A stretch of 41,653 nucleotides of DNA, taken from contig CAWEDJ010000032.1 of NCBI GenBank assembly GCA_963807635.1, forward strand, positions 1 through 41,653, read 5' to 3'. The notes below the pieces were generated by a model that was not told the DNA's origin, did no database searches, and saw only the letters and a program-made list of their open reading frames with translations. The stretch's first letter is position 1. Every line of letters starts with the position of its first letter. A program made the translations under genes and the position numbers. Shown here piece after piece: positions 33,687 through 41,653 of the stretch. This DNA is from an uncultured cyanobacterium (GTDB lineage: Bacteria; Cyanobacteriota; Cyanobacteriia; Cyanobacteriales; Microcystaceae).

Positions 33687-34130
33687 TCAATTGTCAATCA
33701 GTAATTGCTTTAAGTTTTCTTCACAGTTTAGTTTGCGTGTTAATAGCACTGCGCGATATTCCTTTTTAAACTTAACTTTTTCACGTTGAATATCTGTACC
33801 AGGAGGACAACGAGTATGAACAATATAACAATACTTGAGCATTTTTTTAGGATTCTGAGAAATACTATTTATAGTATTCCTAAGTTGCTCAAATGCATCT
33901 GTAACTCGACAACCCTTCAATTCAATATAAATTTCTATGGTATGATTTTCGACCAGAAGTAAGTAATCACAGCTTTTACCATTTAATTTCAAGCAATCAA
34001 CATCTACTTTTTGGACTTGTTGGCGATCAGGATTAATAAAATAGATTGTTGAAGGACCACCTTTGGGATCACGAATCTTAATATTTATATTTTTGGTAGA
34101 TTCTGAACAATTTTCAAGATTGATAGACAC
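33687..34130 (-). CDS. Hypothetical protein, putative PD-(D/E)XK nuclease
   Basis: VDVD..KSCDYLLL..IYIELKG..AFEQL; GTG start with a GGAG RBS overlapping the ATPase stop. Confidence 0.65.
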   Translation of the reverse strand: MSINLENCSESTKNINIKIRDPKGGPSTIYFINPDRQQVQKVDVDCLKLNGKSCDYLLLVENHTIEIYIELKGCRVTDAFEQLRNTINSISQNPKKMLKYCYIVHTRCPPGTDIQREKVKFKKEYRAVLLTRKLNCEENLKQLLIDN

Positions 34131-34136
34131 TAACTC

Positions 34137-35426
34137 CTACTCCTCAATTTCTAAAGCCAATAATTGATCAAATGTACAACCAATTTCGTCAGATATTTCA
34201 TCAATTAAAGTCGCGTTGATAAGTTGGGTTTCTTGATCGATAATATTTTCTAATTTTCCGTGTTGGAGCATATAGGCAGAAATATCATTAACATCCAAAA
34301 TTTGATCTTCATCGAAAATAGTAAAAAGTTGTTTTTTGAGTTTATCTCTAATATTCTTATCGCAATGCTTATTGATTGATTTTAGTATATTTCCTGCTTG
34401 AATCAGATTATTGAGTGAGGTGAGTATATAAGGGCTATGAGTTGTTAGGAAAAAGCGCGCTTTTTTACTCTGTTTAATCGCGTTATTAAAAACTATGGCA
34501 ATCAAGTCAATTATTCTTTTTTGTGACAAAGGGAATAAGTGGGCTTCTGGTTCCTCTATAAAAAGCATACTACTTAATGTTCCAAACTTTTCGACAAAAG
34601 GAAAAAGTATTAGAATAATTGCTACTGGCAAAAATTCTTGTTGTCCTGAAGAAGCATCGGAAATATTAATTTTCTGATTTGTTGTTTCTAAATATATATA
34701 ATCTCTACCTCTTTCTTGTTGATATTGACCAGATAAAATTTGATCGACAATAGTACGAGTTTTTGAGAAATATTTAGTATCAAATTGTTCAACAGGTTCA
34801 TTTTTATAGACATTTTTGAAAAACTGATAAGATGAACCAAATTCACTTAAAAAATAATCAATATCGATACTAGATGTTAAAAATGAAAATATATTATCCT
34901 GAATAATAGCAAAAAATGACCGACCTGCTGGCATAAAAATCAACCCATCTAAACTTAAGTTAATCTCCTTAAGAGAAGGTAAAAATTCTTGCATTTTTTC
35001 ATTGAAATCTTGGCTAATATCTTGTTCGACAATTTTTTTCCATTCTGTCGCTAACCGCTTTCTCGGACCAGATAAGTTTTCTGAATAAGTTAATTTAAAC
35101 CCAGCACGATCAGTCGTTGATAATTGATTAATAATAGAAATAGAAAAATCATTTAATAGATACTTTATTTCAAATTTTTGTTTTTGCCAGGCATAGCGAG
35201 GAAAAATTTTTAGAAATTTATCCTTCATTCTTTTATCGAACTGTCTTTTGTCTTGTTGATTCATGATGGAATTTAAGTAATCATTAAAAAAATCTCTAAA
35301 AAAGTAGACTAATTTAGCGAGAATACTTTTTCCTTCAGCTTGACGACCAATAATAACATTGATTTTTTTTATATCAATTTCAATATCTTGAAGTGTTAAA
35401 AAATTTTTGACAATTAGCTTTTCCAT
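34137..35426 (-). CDS. Soluble ABC-type ATPase (AAA_15/AAA_21-like)
   Basis: Walker A GRQAEGKS, FMPAGRS, signature ASSGQQ, Walker B/D-loop FIEEPEAHLFP and H-loop TTHSPY. Confidence 0.9.
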   Translation of the reverse strand: MEKLIVKNFLTLQDIEIDIKKINVIIGRQAEGKSILAKLVYFFRDFFNDYLNSIMNQQDKRQFDKRMKDKFLKIFPRYAWQKQKFEIKYLLNDFSISIINQLSTTDRAGFKLTYSENLSGPRKRLATEWKKIVEQDISQDFNEKMQEFLPSLKEINLSLDGLIFMPAGRSFFAIIQDNIFSFLTSSIDIDYFLSEFGSSYQFFKNVYKNEPVEQFDTKYFSKTRTIVDQILSGQYQQERGRDYIYLETTNQKINISDASSGQQEFLPVAIILILFPFVEKFGTLSSMLFIEEPEAHLFPLSQKRIIDLIAIVFNNAIKQSKKARFFLTTHSPYILTSLNNLIQAGNILKSINKHCDKNIRDKLKKQLFTIFDEDQILDVNDISAYMLQHGKLENIIDQETQLINATLIDEISDEIGCTFDQLLALEIEE

Positions 35427-35589
35427 AAATCTTTTTTAAATGATATAAAACTAATTTTATAAACTTACTGATCACTGTTGAAAACATCAATACTTTCGAT
35501 GAATTAACTCAATCTAAGCGAAATTCTGATAAGTAAAAAGAAGTCAGAAATTATCACAATCTCCGACTTCTAAACATTAAATCCGAATT

Positions 35590-36114
35590 CTAATAAGCGT
35601 CTTGCAACTCGTAGAAATCAGGAGAAATATAGTCCTTCCGTAAAGGCCAGCCAATCCAATCTTCGGGCATTAAAATACGTTTCAATTCAGGATGTCCCGT
35701 ATAGACGATGCCGTACATATCGTAGCATTCCCGTTCCTGCCACTCAGCCGCTCTCCAAATCCAATAAACCGAGGGAAGAGTCGGATTTTCGCGGGGCAAG
35801 GAAACTTTTAGGCGCATTTCTGCGGGGCGATCAGCATTATCACTGACCTTAATCAAATGATAAAAACTAACCAATGGTTTACCTGGCCCCTCATCGTAGG
35901 CTCCTTGGCATTGCAGATAATTGAATCCATAGGCATAAAGAGCCGTTGCCAGGGGAATCAGTAAATCTGGCTCAACCTGGATCATTTCTACGCCCAGGTG
36001 ATCCGCTTCTAGAATGTCATGTTCAAAGCCATTTTCTGTTAGCCAACTAGATACAGGGCCAGCAGGAATAATCGCTTTTTCTGGGGTTTGTTCCGCTTGA
36101 TCTGCGATCGCCAT
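35590..36114 (-). CDS. ndhJ: NDH-1 subunit J
   Basis: [27 protein letters not shown] and [17 protein letters not shown]. Confidence 0.97.
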   Translation of the reverse strand: MAIADQAEQTPEKAIIPAGPVSSWLTENGFEHDILEADHLGVEMIQVEPDLLIPLATALYAYGFNYLQCQGAYDEGPGKPLVSFYHLIKVSDNADRPAEMRLKVSLPRENPTLPSVYWIWRAAEWQERECYDMYGIVYTGHPELKRILMPEDWIGWPLRKDYISPDFYELQDAY

Positions 36115-36116
36115 AA

Positions 36117-36845
36117 CTAGACTTTCTCCTTCTGTTGAGAGGTGGCAAGGGCGGGAGGAACGGGCATTCCCATTGCTTCCGTTAATTCGAGGGGAGGGGT
36201 TTGACGGGTGGCAACTTGTAGATATTTCCCTGTGAGGATAGGCGCGATCGCCTTCATATTGTGAGTTGTACTGTAATAGCGGTGGGTCTGTTGATTGACC
36301 ATTGCTCGTTCTTGAATGGATTCATTAGAAACTTTTTTGCGAAGTTTGATAATGGCATCAAAAATGGCTTCAGGACGGGGAGGACAACCTGGAATATAAA
36401 CATCCACAGGAATCAATTTATCCACTCCTCTCACCGCCGTTGGGGAATCACTACTAAACATTCCCCCTGTGATCGTACAAGCTCCCATTGCAATCACGTA
36501 TTTAGGTTCGGGCATTTCTTCATAGAGCCGAACTAAGGCAGGGGCCATTTTCATGGTGATTGTTCCTGCGGTAATAATTAAATCTGCTTGACGGGGGCTA
36601 GAACGGGGAACTAGTCCAAAACGGTCAAAATCAAATCGAGAACCGATTAGAGCGGCAAATTCAATGAAACAGCAAGCCGTTCCGTAGAGCAGGGGCCAAA
36701 GGCTGGATAATTTCGCCCAATTATAAAGGTCATCAACCGTTGTTAAAATAACATTTTCTGATAAACCCTGGGTTACCTGATTCCGAGTCATCGGATTGAG
36801 GATTTTGTCTTTTTGAAGCTGGTCAAATGCAGTTAAATCAGCCAT
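36117..36845 (-). CDS. ndhK: NDH-1 subunit K
   Basis: [25 protein letters not shown] and IPGCPPRPE. Confidence 0.97.
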   Translation of the reverse strand: MADLTAFDQLQKDKILNPMTRNQVTQGLSENVILTTVDDLYNWAKLSSLWPLLYGTACCFIEFAALIGSRFDFDRFGLVPRSSPRQADLIITAGTITMKMAPALVRLYEEMPEPKYVIAMGACTITGGMFSSDSPTAVRGVDKLIPVDVYIPGCPPRPEAIFDAIIKLRKKVSNESIQERAMVNQQTHRYYSTTHNMKAIAPILTGKYLQVATRQTPPLELTEAMGMPVPPALATSQQKEKV

Positions 36846-36999
36846 GAGAATTTTAAAATTAGGAATTTTGAGTTTAGGAGGTTAGCTTACATAATGCTTC
36901 GTCGGGTCTTAAATTTAGTTAAACTATCCCATCGCCAGCAACTTTGTTTGAGGATTAAGATAGTTTAACTTTTAAAACTAAAAAGGGGCTAAATTCGCC

Positions 37000-37362
37000 C
37001 TAAGACCATTCCAAAGCACCTTTTCGCCAAGCATAGACTAGGGCGACAACGAGAATGGTAATAAAAATCAGAGCTTCTACAAAGGCTAACAGACCTAATT
37101 CATTAAAAGCAACGGCCCAGGGGTACAAAAATACCGTTTCTACGTCAAAAACAACGAAAACGAGGGCAAACATATAATAACGAATATTAAACTGAATCCA
37201 AGCTCCACCAATGGGTTCCATCCCCGATTCATAGGTGGTGCGACGCTCTGGGCCGCCACCGCTAGGACGTAGGATTTTAGAGGCAGTTAGGGCAAGAATC
37301 GGGACTAAACTACAGACAAAGAAGAAACCAAGGAGATATTCGTAACCATTTAATGTAAACAC
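37000..37362 (-). CDS. ndhC: NDH-1 subunit 3
   Basis: [22 protein letters not shown] and WRKGALEWS. Confidence 0.97.
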   Translation of the reverse strand: MFTLNGYEYLLGFFFVCSLVPILALTASKILRPSGGGPERRTTYESGMEPIGGAWIQFNIRYYMFALVFVVFDVETVFLYPWAVAFNELGLLAFVEALIFITILVVALVYAWRKGALEWS

Positions 37363-37835
37363 AGCTAAATTCTCTCTTTTTTAGTTAAAAATGCGTTAGT
37401 CCAAGGACTTCTGTTAAATTATTATTAACGTCACTTTAGGATTATAGGGTGTTTTCGGATTTTTTAGATGAAATTGTTGATTTTTCTAGAATTGATCTTT
37501 GTAAATGATAATCCTTGATTTTATCCCATCTTAGTTTTTTGCGCAGTGGTACGAGCTTTCATGATCGCAATATGCCAGTCGGCTTTGGTTTTCGTTTTCC
37601 CGTTGCGATCGCTTTTCAGTATGGTTTTATCCAGCTTAAATTCTCGTTGTATAGATGTTAGTATCAAGGGCGATCGGCTAGAGAGTGGTAATTTTTATCC
37701 AAGATTTTGTATGCTTGAATTTTTCAATGAAACCGCGATCGCTCTTCCCGATTAAGAAAAAATGCGATCATGCTTAAAAAATGTGATAATATACAGCTTG
37801 GATACAAAAAATAAAAAAGGAACAATATTACTCAT

Positions 37836-39176
37836 TCTAATTAATTGTGTGTTTTTGAAAAAAAAGGCAAAATAGAGATAGAACAATCAGAGATTGGAGA
37901 GGTAGATATGAAAAAGTCGTTGCCAACGGTTCCAGGGGACAAAACGATTTGTCTAAGCATAGCGGATAAAAAAGAGTATGCTAAGCTGATAAAATAGACA
38001 AAGGCGTTTCGGAAATACCTTGACGAACAGATAGCTCTACATCCCGAACTATTTCCCAAAGAAATAGAGGCAGGATACCGTTTTCACGGATTTCGCACTT
38101 CAGCCAAATTAAAATTGGAAAGTAGAAGAATTAGATTGGTAAGTAATGGTGGGGCATATCAACTACGCCCCGATTTTGTGATGCCGTATATGATAGGGAA
38201 AACAGAGGAGGTAGAGAAAGGGTTGTATCTCCGTCAGTTTGGAGTGCCTTACGAGGCAATAGCCTATGTGATGGGAAAAGACCCGATGTATTGGTATCGA
38301 GCGTCGTTAGCATTGGGAAGACCATCGCTGCTAGGAAGCACCGTCAAGGATGGCGAAGCAATCCCCCCCCCTCAGCTATTGCCCGATGAAAAGCACACTT
38401 GGTAGCTGGGGGAAAAAGTCTATGTGGCGACAACAGTTGCCGATGGTTGTCTGTTGGGGGCAGAATTATCGCAGACCGCAGGAACCGAGGATTTAGAAGT
38501 TGCTTATGGGGTATTTGCTCACGAGGCGCGGGAACTCAATCCTGATTATGAACCCCAAACCGTCAACACCGATGGCTGGGAAGCAACCCAAAACACATGG
38601 AAAAAACTATTTTCGGGCATTACCCTCATTCTCTGCTTTTTGCACACCATACTATCCATTGAGCAACGATGCCCCTCCCAGAAGGACTTGTTAAACACCT
38701 TGAAAGATAAACTTTGGAATGTCTATCATGCCTGTGAGGCATCGAAATTTATGGAACGATTAAGTAATTTACAAGCTTGGGCTGTCAGCCAAGCCCTCCC
38801 AGAGCCAATTTTAACCAAAATTCTCAATCTTTCTGCTAAGGCTTCTCAATTTACCACCGCTTATTCCTTCCCCACGGCTCACCGTACTAGCAATATGCTT
38901 GACCGTTTGATGAATTATCAAGACCATATCCTCGTTTCTATGAAATATTTTCATGGTTCTCAAGATTCGGCTAATCTGGCTCTACGGTCAATGGCTATCT
39001 TGTAGAATTTTCATCCTTTTGGTCGTCGTTCTCAAAAAAATTCTACCGATACCGTTTCTCCCTTTGAAAAACTTAACGGCTTCTCCTATCATCCAAATTG
39101 GCTACGTAATTTCTTGCTCTCTTCTTCTATCAATGGACGAGGTGGGGCAATTTCAGAAAACACACAATGCGCTAGA
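37836..39176 (+). mobile_element. Full-length defective IS (~1.34 kb) with a DDE transposase, probably Mutator-like clan
   Basis: Imperfect terminal repeats tctaattaattgtgtgtttttgaaa and tttcagaaaacacacaatgcgctaga. One frame from ATG 37908 has DEKH, VNTDGW, ILCFLH (CxxH) and TSNMLDRLM, broken by three in-frame TAG codons. Confidence 0.8.
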
Positions 39177-39413
39177 ACTAGCGATGTTCTACTATTATTG
39201 GTGCTAGATCTTCTCTTCCCAACTACCGATATATGGTTGCCCTGTCTACCTGATAAATTTTTGATGCATAGGTTGGACTTCCTCCTTTTTCCACAAAATC
39301 TACTACTCTTTTTCTTAAGTCTAGACTGTAAGGCATATTCTTCAATCCTTTGATGATTTTTAACCAGCATACCTCATTTTTTTGTTGTCTCATCCTTATC
39401 TAAAATGACTATA
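39177..39413 (-). pseudogene. IS630-family (ISY100-like) left end and transposase N-terminal fragment
   Basis: End tatagtcatttt at 39413; from ATG 39336 reads MPYSLDLRKRVVDFVEKGGS..ASKIYQVDRATIYR*LGREDLAP. Confidence 0.85.
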
Positions 39414-39414
39414 A

Positions 39415-39443
39415 CCGTTAAAAAACTTGTGCAAGAGGTCTAT
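39415..39443 (-). mobile_element. Orphan IS/MITE terminal repeat
   Basis: Minus strand tagacctcttgcacaag resembles a common cyanobacterial IS end and sits exactly at the break in the Tn3 fragment. Confidence 0.5.
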
Positions 39444-39678
39444 TGTCTGGAACTCAGCTTACTTTAAGAAGGTGTTTCAATAGTTGAAGCAGGAGGGGCA
39501 ATTTCCTGGTGATGAAGAGTTGAAACATATCTGGCCCACTCGTCATGCTCATATCAACATCTACGGACGGTATCACTTTAACCCAGAGCTGGTTGGCAAG
39601 AAACAGCAACTGCGAGACCTACGCCAGTCTGAGTTTCAGCCTTAACGACCAAAATTTTTCCGTTGCTAAAACTAAGCC
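39442..39678 (+). pseudogene. Tn3-family transposase C-terminal fragment plus right inverted repeat
   Basis: IVWNSAY..Q*..LKHIWPTRHAHINIYGRYHF..LRDL..* (39645), overlapped by cttaacgaccaaaatttttccgttgctaa, a Tn3-type IR whose reverse complement ends in cgttaag. Confidence 0.8.
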
Positions 39679-39706
39679 TTCTACAATCTTAGGAGCATAA
39701 TCCATG

Positions 39707-39734
39707 AAAAAAGAGGCCTAAAAACTAAGCCTCT
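39707..39734 (-). terminator. Putative intrinsic terminator of rplU-rpmA
   Basis: Stem agaggc..gcctct followed by a T run on the minus strand. Confidence 0.55.
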
Positions 39735-39762
39735 ACACTAAATCAAAATCATTTTAAACAGA

Positions 39763-40032
39763 TTATTCTGCCGCCACAGCCACAGGATAAACACTCACTT
39801 TTTTACGACTACGAGTTCTTTGTTCAAATTTAACTACGCCATCAATTAAGGAAAAAAGCGTATCATCACTGCCCCGTCCAACGTTTTCCCCAGGATGAAC
39901 TCTGGTTCCCCGTTGACGAATAATGATACAACCTGCCGTGACGACCTGACCGCCATAGCGTTTGACACCCAGACGTTTTGAATTAGAGTCGCGTCCGTTT
40001 CGTGTACTACCTGTCCCTTTCTTATGTGCCAT
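39763..40032 (-). CDS. rpmA: 50S ribosomal protein L27
   Basis: [24 protein letters not shown]. Confidence 0.98.
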   Translation of the reverse strand: MAHKKGTGSTRNGRDSNSKRLGVKRYGGQVVTAGCIIIRQRGTRVHPGENVGRGSDDTLFSLIDGVVKFEQRTRSRKKVSVYPVAVAAE

Positions 40033-40071
40033 TTTATTTTTACCTAAAAATTAACGAGAATAATTTAGAGT

Positions 40072-40470
40072 TTACTCTTCTTCTGCAAAGGTTTCTGAGG
40101 TAGCTAAGATCGGTGTCTTAAGCGCATCCTCGGAAGCCGACGCAATCGCCGTACCATTCATACTAATCGAAGTAATCAGCAAACGGGTTAACTCTTGACG
40201 ATGCCCGCGTTTTTTGCGAGTTTTCTTTTTGGGACGCATTTTATAGACGATGATTTTCCGTCCCCGTAAATGGGAAAGAATTTTTCCTTCCACCGTAGCC
40301 CCTTCAACGAAAGGCTGACCTACCGTCACTTCACTGTCGTTATTGACTAATAAAACCTTGTCGATCACATAATTATCATTCGGATCAGCAAAAAGATGAT
40401 TCAAATCATAAAAACGACCAGGCTCGACACGCAGTTGCGTACCACCCGCTTCAATAATTGCGTAACTCAT
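40072..40470 (-). CDS. rplU: 50S ribosomal protein L21
   Basis: [14 protein letters not shown] and [12 protein letters not shown]. Confidence 0.97.
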   Translation of the reverse strand: MSYAIIEAGGTQLRVEPGRFYDLNHLFADPNDNYVIDKVLLVNNDSEVTVGQPFVEGATVEGKILSHLRGRKIIVYKMRPKKKTRKKRGHRQELTRLLITSISMNGTAIASASEDALKTPILATSETFAEEE

Positions 40471-40731
40471 TTTTTCTTTTTAATTGGGTTGCCGTACAGG
40501 TATTCTCAAGGCTATAGTGCCCTAAAAATTTGTTTACTAATGTCTCAAACCTGATCCGAGCAGGAACTTTGGACACGCGATCTCTTATTGTCTAAGACTA
40601 GAGTCACAACTGTCAAGCAATAGATCAAATTTAAAATGCTAGGGATGAAATTCAGTCAAAAATAAGCTACAGTTTACCTAAGATATTCGACCTATCAACC
40701 TGACGATTACCCCTATTTTCAAGATTAACCA

Positions 40732-40971
40732 ATGGAATTTATTGTCTCTAACCTCCTTTCAGAAACAGGCTTGGTTGCCCTACTCTACCTCGTCCTGAGC
40801 GGCCTTTATTTGTTGGTTTTGCCCGCATTGGTTTATTTTTACCTAAAAAGCCGTTGGTACGTGGTCAGTTCTGTGGAACGGTTGTTTATGTACTTTTTGG
40901 TCTTTTTCTTTTCCTGGATGCTTTTATTGAGTCCCGTTTTAAACTTTCGTCCCCAACGTCGTGCTATTTAG
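40732..40971 (+). CDS. ndhL: NDH-1 subunit L
   Basis: [40 protein letters not shown]. Confidence 0.93.
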   Translation: MEFIVSNLLSETGLVALLYLVLSGLYLLVLPALVYFYLKSRWYVVSSVERLFMYFLVFFFSWMLLLSPVLNFRPQRRAI

Positions 40972-40983
40972 GACACAACATTT

Positions 40984-41331
40984 ATGCGCCGTATTGATGC
41001 GATCGCGCTGATCACTGCTTTTTTTGTATCGGGATTAGTGGTTTATCTGCTCTTGCAAGTAAGCGGATTAGATCCCCAAAAAGCGGGGGTCTGGTCTCAG
41101 GCATTTTTGGTTGGAGTCTTAATTCTCTGGTTATTCTCCTATATTTTCCGTGTTTTGACCAATGATATGACCTACCATAAACAAATTAAGGATTATGAAG
41201 AGGCCATCATCCAAAAACGTTGGGAAAGCATGACTCCTGAAGAGCAAGCTAAACTTCAGGCGGAAGTTGAACAGGAAAAGTTGTCATCAAGACAAGCCGA
41301 AGTAATCCAGAAAGTTAGGCATGAAAGATAA
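40984..41331 (+). CDS. DUF3007-family membrane protein
   Basis: MRRIDA..GLD...AGVWSQ..SYIFRV...MTY..Q..DYE; usual neighbour of ndhL. Confidence 0.85.
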   Translation: MRRIDAIALITAFFVSGLVVYLLLQVSGLDPQKAGVWSQAFLVGVLILWLFSYIFRVLTNDMTYHKQIKDYEEAIIQKRWESMTPEEQAKLQAEVEQEKLSSRQAEVIQKVRHER

Positions 41332-41398
41332 GTAACCTGTGCTTTTTTGCTGGGGAGCTTTAAATCCAGATTTATTGGTATCTTAAACGGACAACTGG

Positions 41399-41653
41399 TT
41401 AAATCCTTGTTCCTAAAGGAATAATCTGGTTTAACGTTTCTCCTAATATTCTTTTGGCTTCCATTAATTCATACGCATTTTGGAGTCTGAGAAAGTATCC
41501 TTCTGAAAGTCCAAAATAACGGGATAAACGCAAATCCAAATCGGCAGTAATTCTAGATTTTCCTTGAATAATGTTTTCAATGACAATTTGAAGCGCACCA
41601 ATGGCTAGGGCTAAATCCTTATCTGGTATATTGAGTTCTTCTAACAATACTTT
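41399..41653 (-). CDS. higA: HigA-family antitoxin (5' end probably outside the window or damaged)
   Basis: LA.AIG..I..GKSRITADLDLRLSRYFGLSEGYFLRLQNAYEL. Confidence 0.8.
   Translation of the reverse strand, partial: KVLLEELNIPDKDLALAIGALQIVIENIIQGKSRITADLDLRLSRYFGLSEGYFLRLQNAYELMEAKRILGETLNQIIPLGTRI

Noticed and set aside
33687..35589. Retron- or Septu-type assignment for the ATPase operon
   Set aside because: No reverse transcriptase, no HNH motif and no convincing msr-msd structure nearby.
40905..40925. NdhL variant FFFSWM instead of FFFPG
   Set aside because: cctgga is present one frame over after a T run, which suggests local compensating indel errors.

Overview
Cyanobacterial chromosomal segment. 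It has dozens of HIP1 GCGATCGC octamers plus ndhCKJ, ndhL, sipA and ycf52; a Chroococcales/Microcystaceae-like origin is my inference. The backbone is housekeeping: metF, trpS, iscS, ppsA, pcm, a P-type ATPase, hisN-like, hemA, natD-like, smpB, an RCK K+ channel, REC-GGDEF-EAL, trmFO, sipA, recN, ndhCKJ, rplU-rpmA and ndhL. Accessory material is interleaved: (i) a dead type II restriction-modification pair fused to an IS5 stub; (ii) a 394-aa LAGLIDADG intein next to the catalytic His of ppsA; (iii) an islet behind ppsA with a BrnT-type toxin-antitoxin pair bracketed by a duplicated ppsA 3' end that begins at a HIP1-like CGATC core and is split by a 205-bp MITE, followed by an HrgA-like nuclease and a RAYT with REPs; (iv) a 587-bp trmFO/sipA tandem duplication of two diverged alleles; (v) three MITE families; (vi) an AT-rich ABC/AAA ATPase + PD-(D/E)XK nuclease-like operon, the best candidate for an uncharacterised defence system; (vii) a nested IS graveyard before rpmA. 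Several conserved genes carry single-base frameshifts, most at or beside GGCC or HIP1 motifs. These are probably methylation-linked long-read consensus errors rather than real pseudogenes. All calls come from reading the sequence; no database searches were run.
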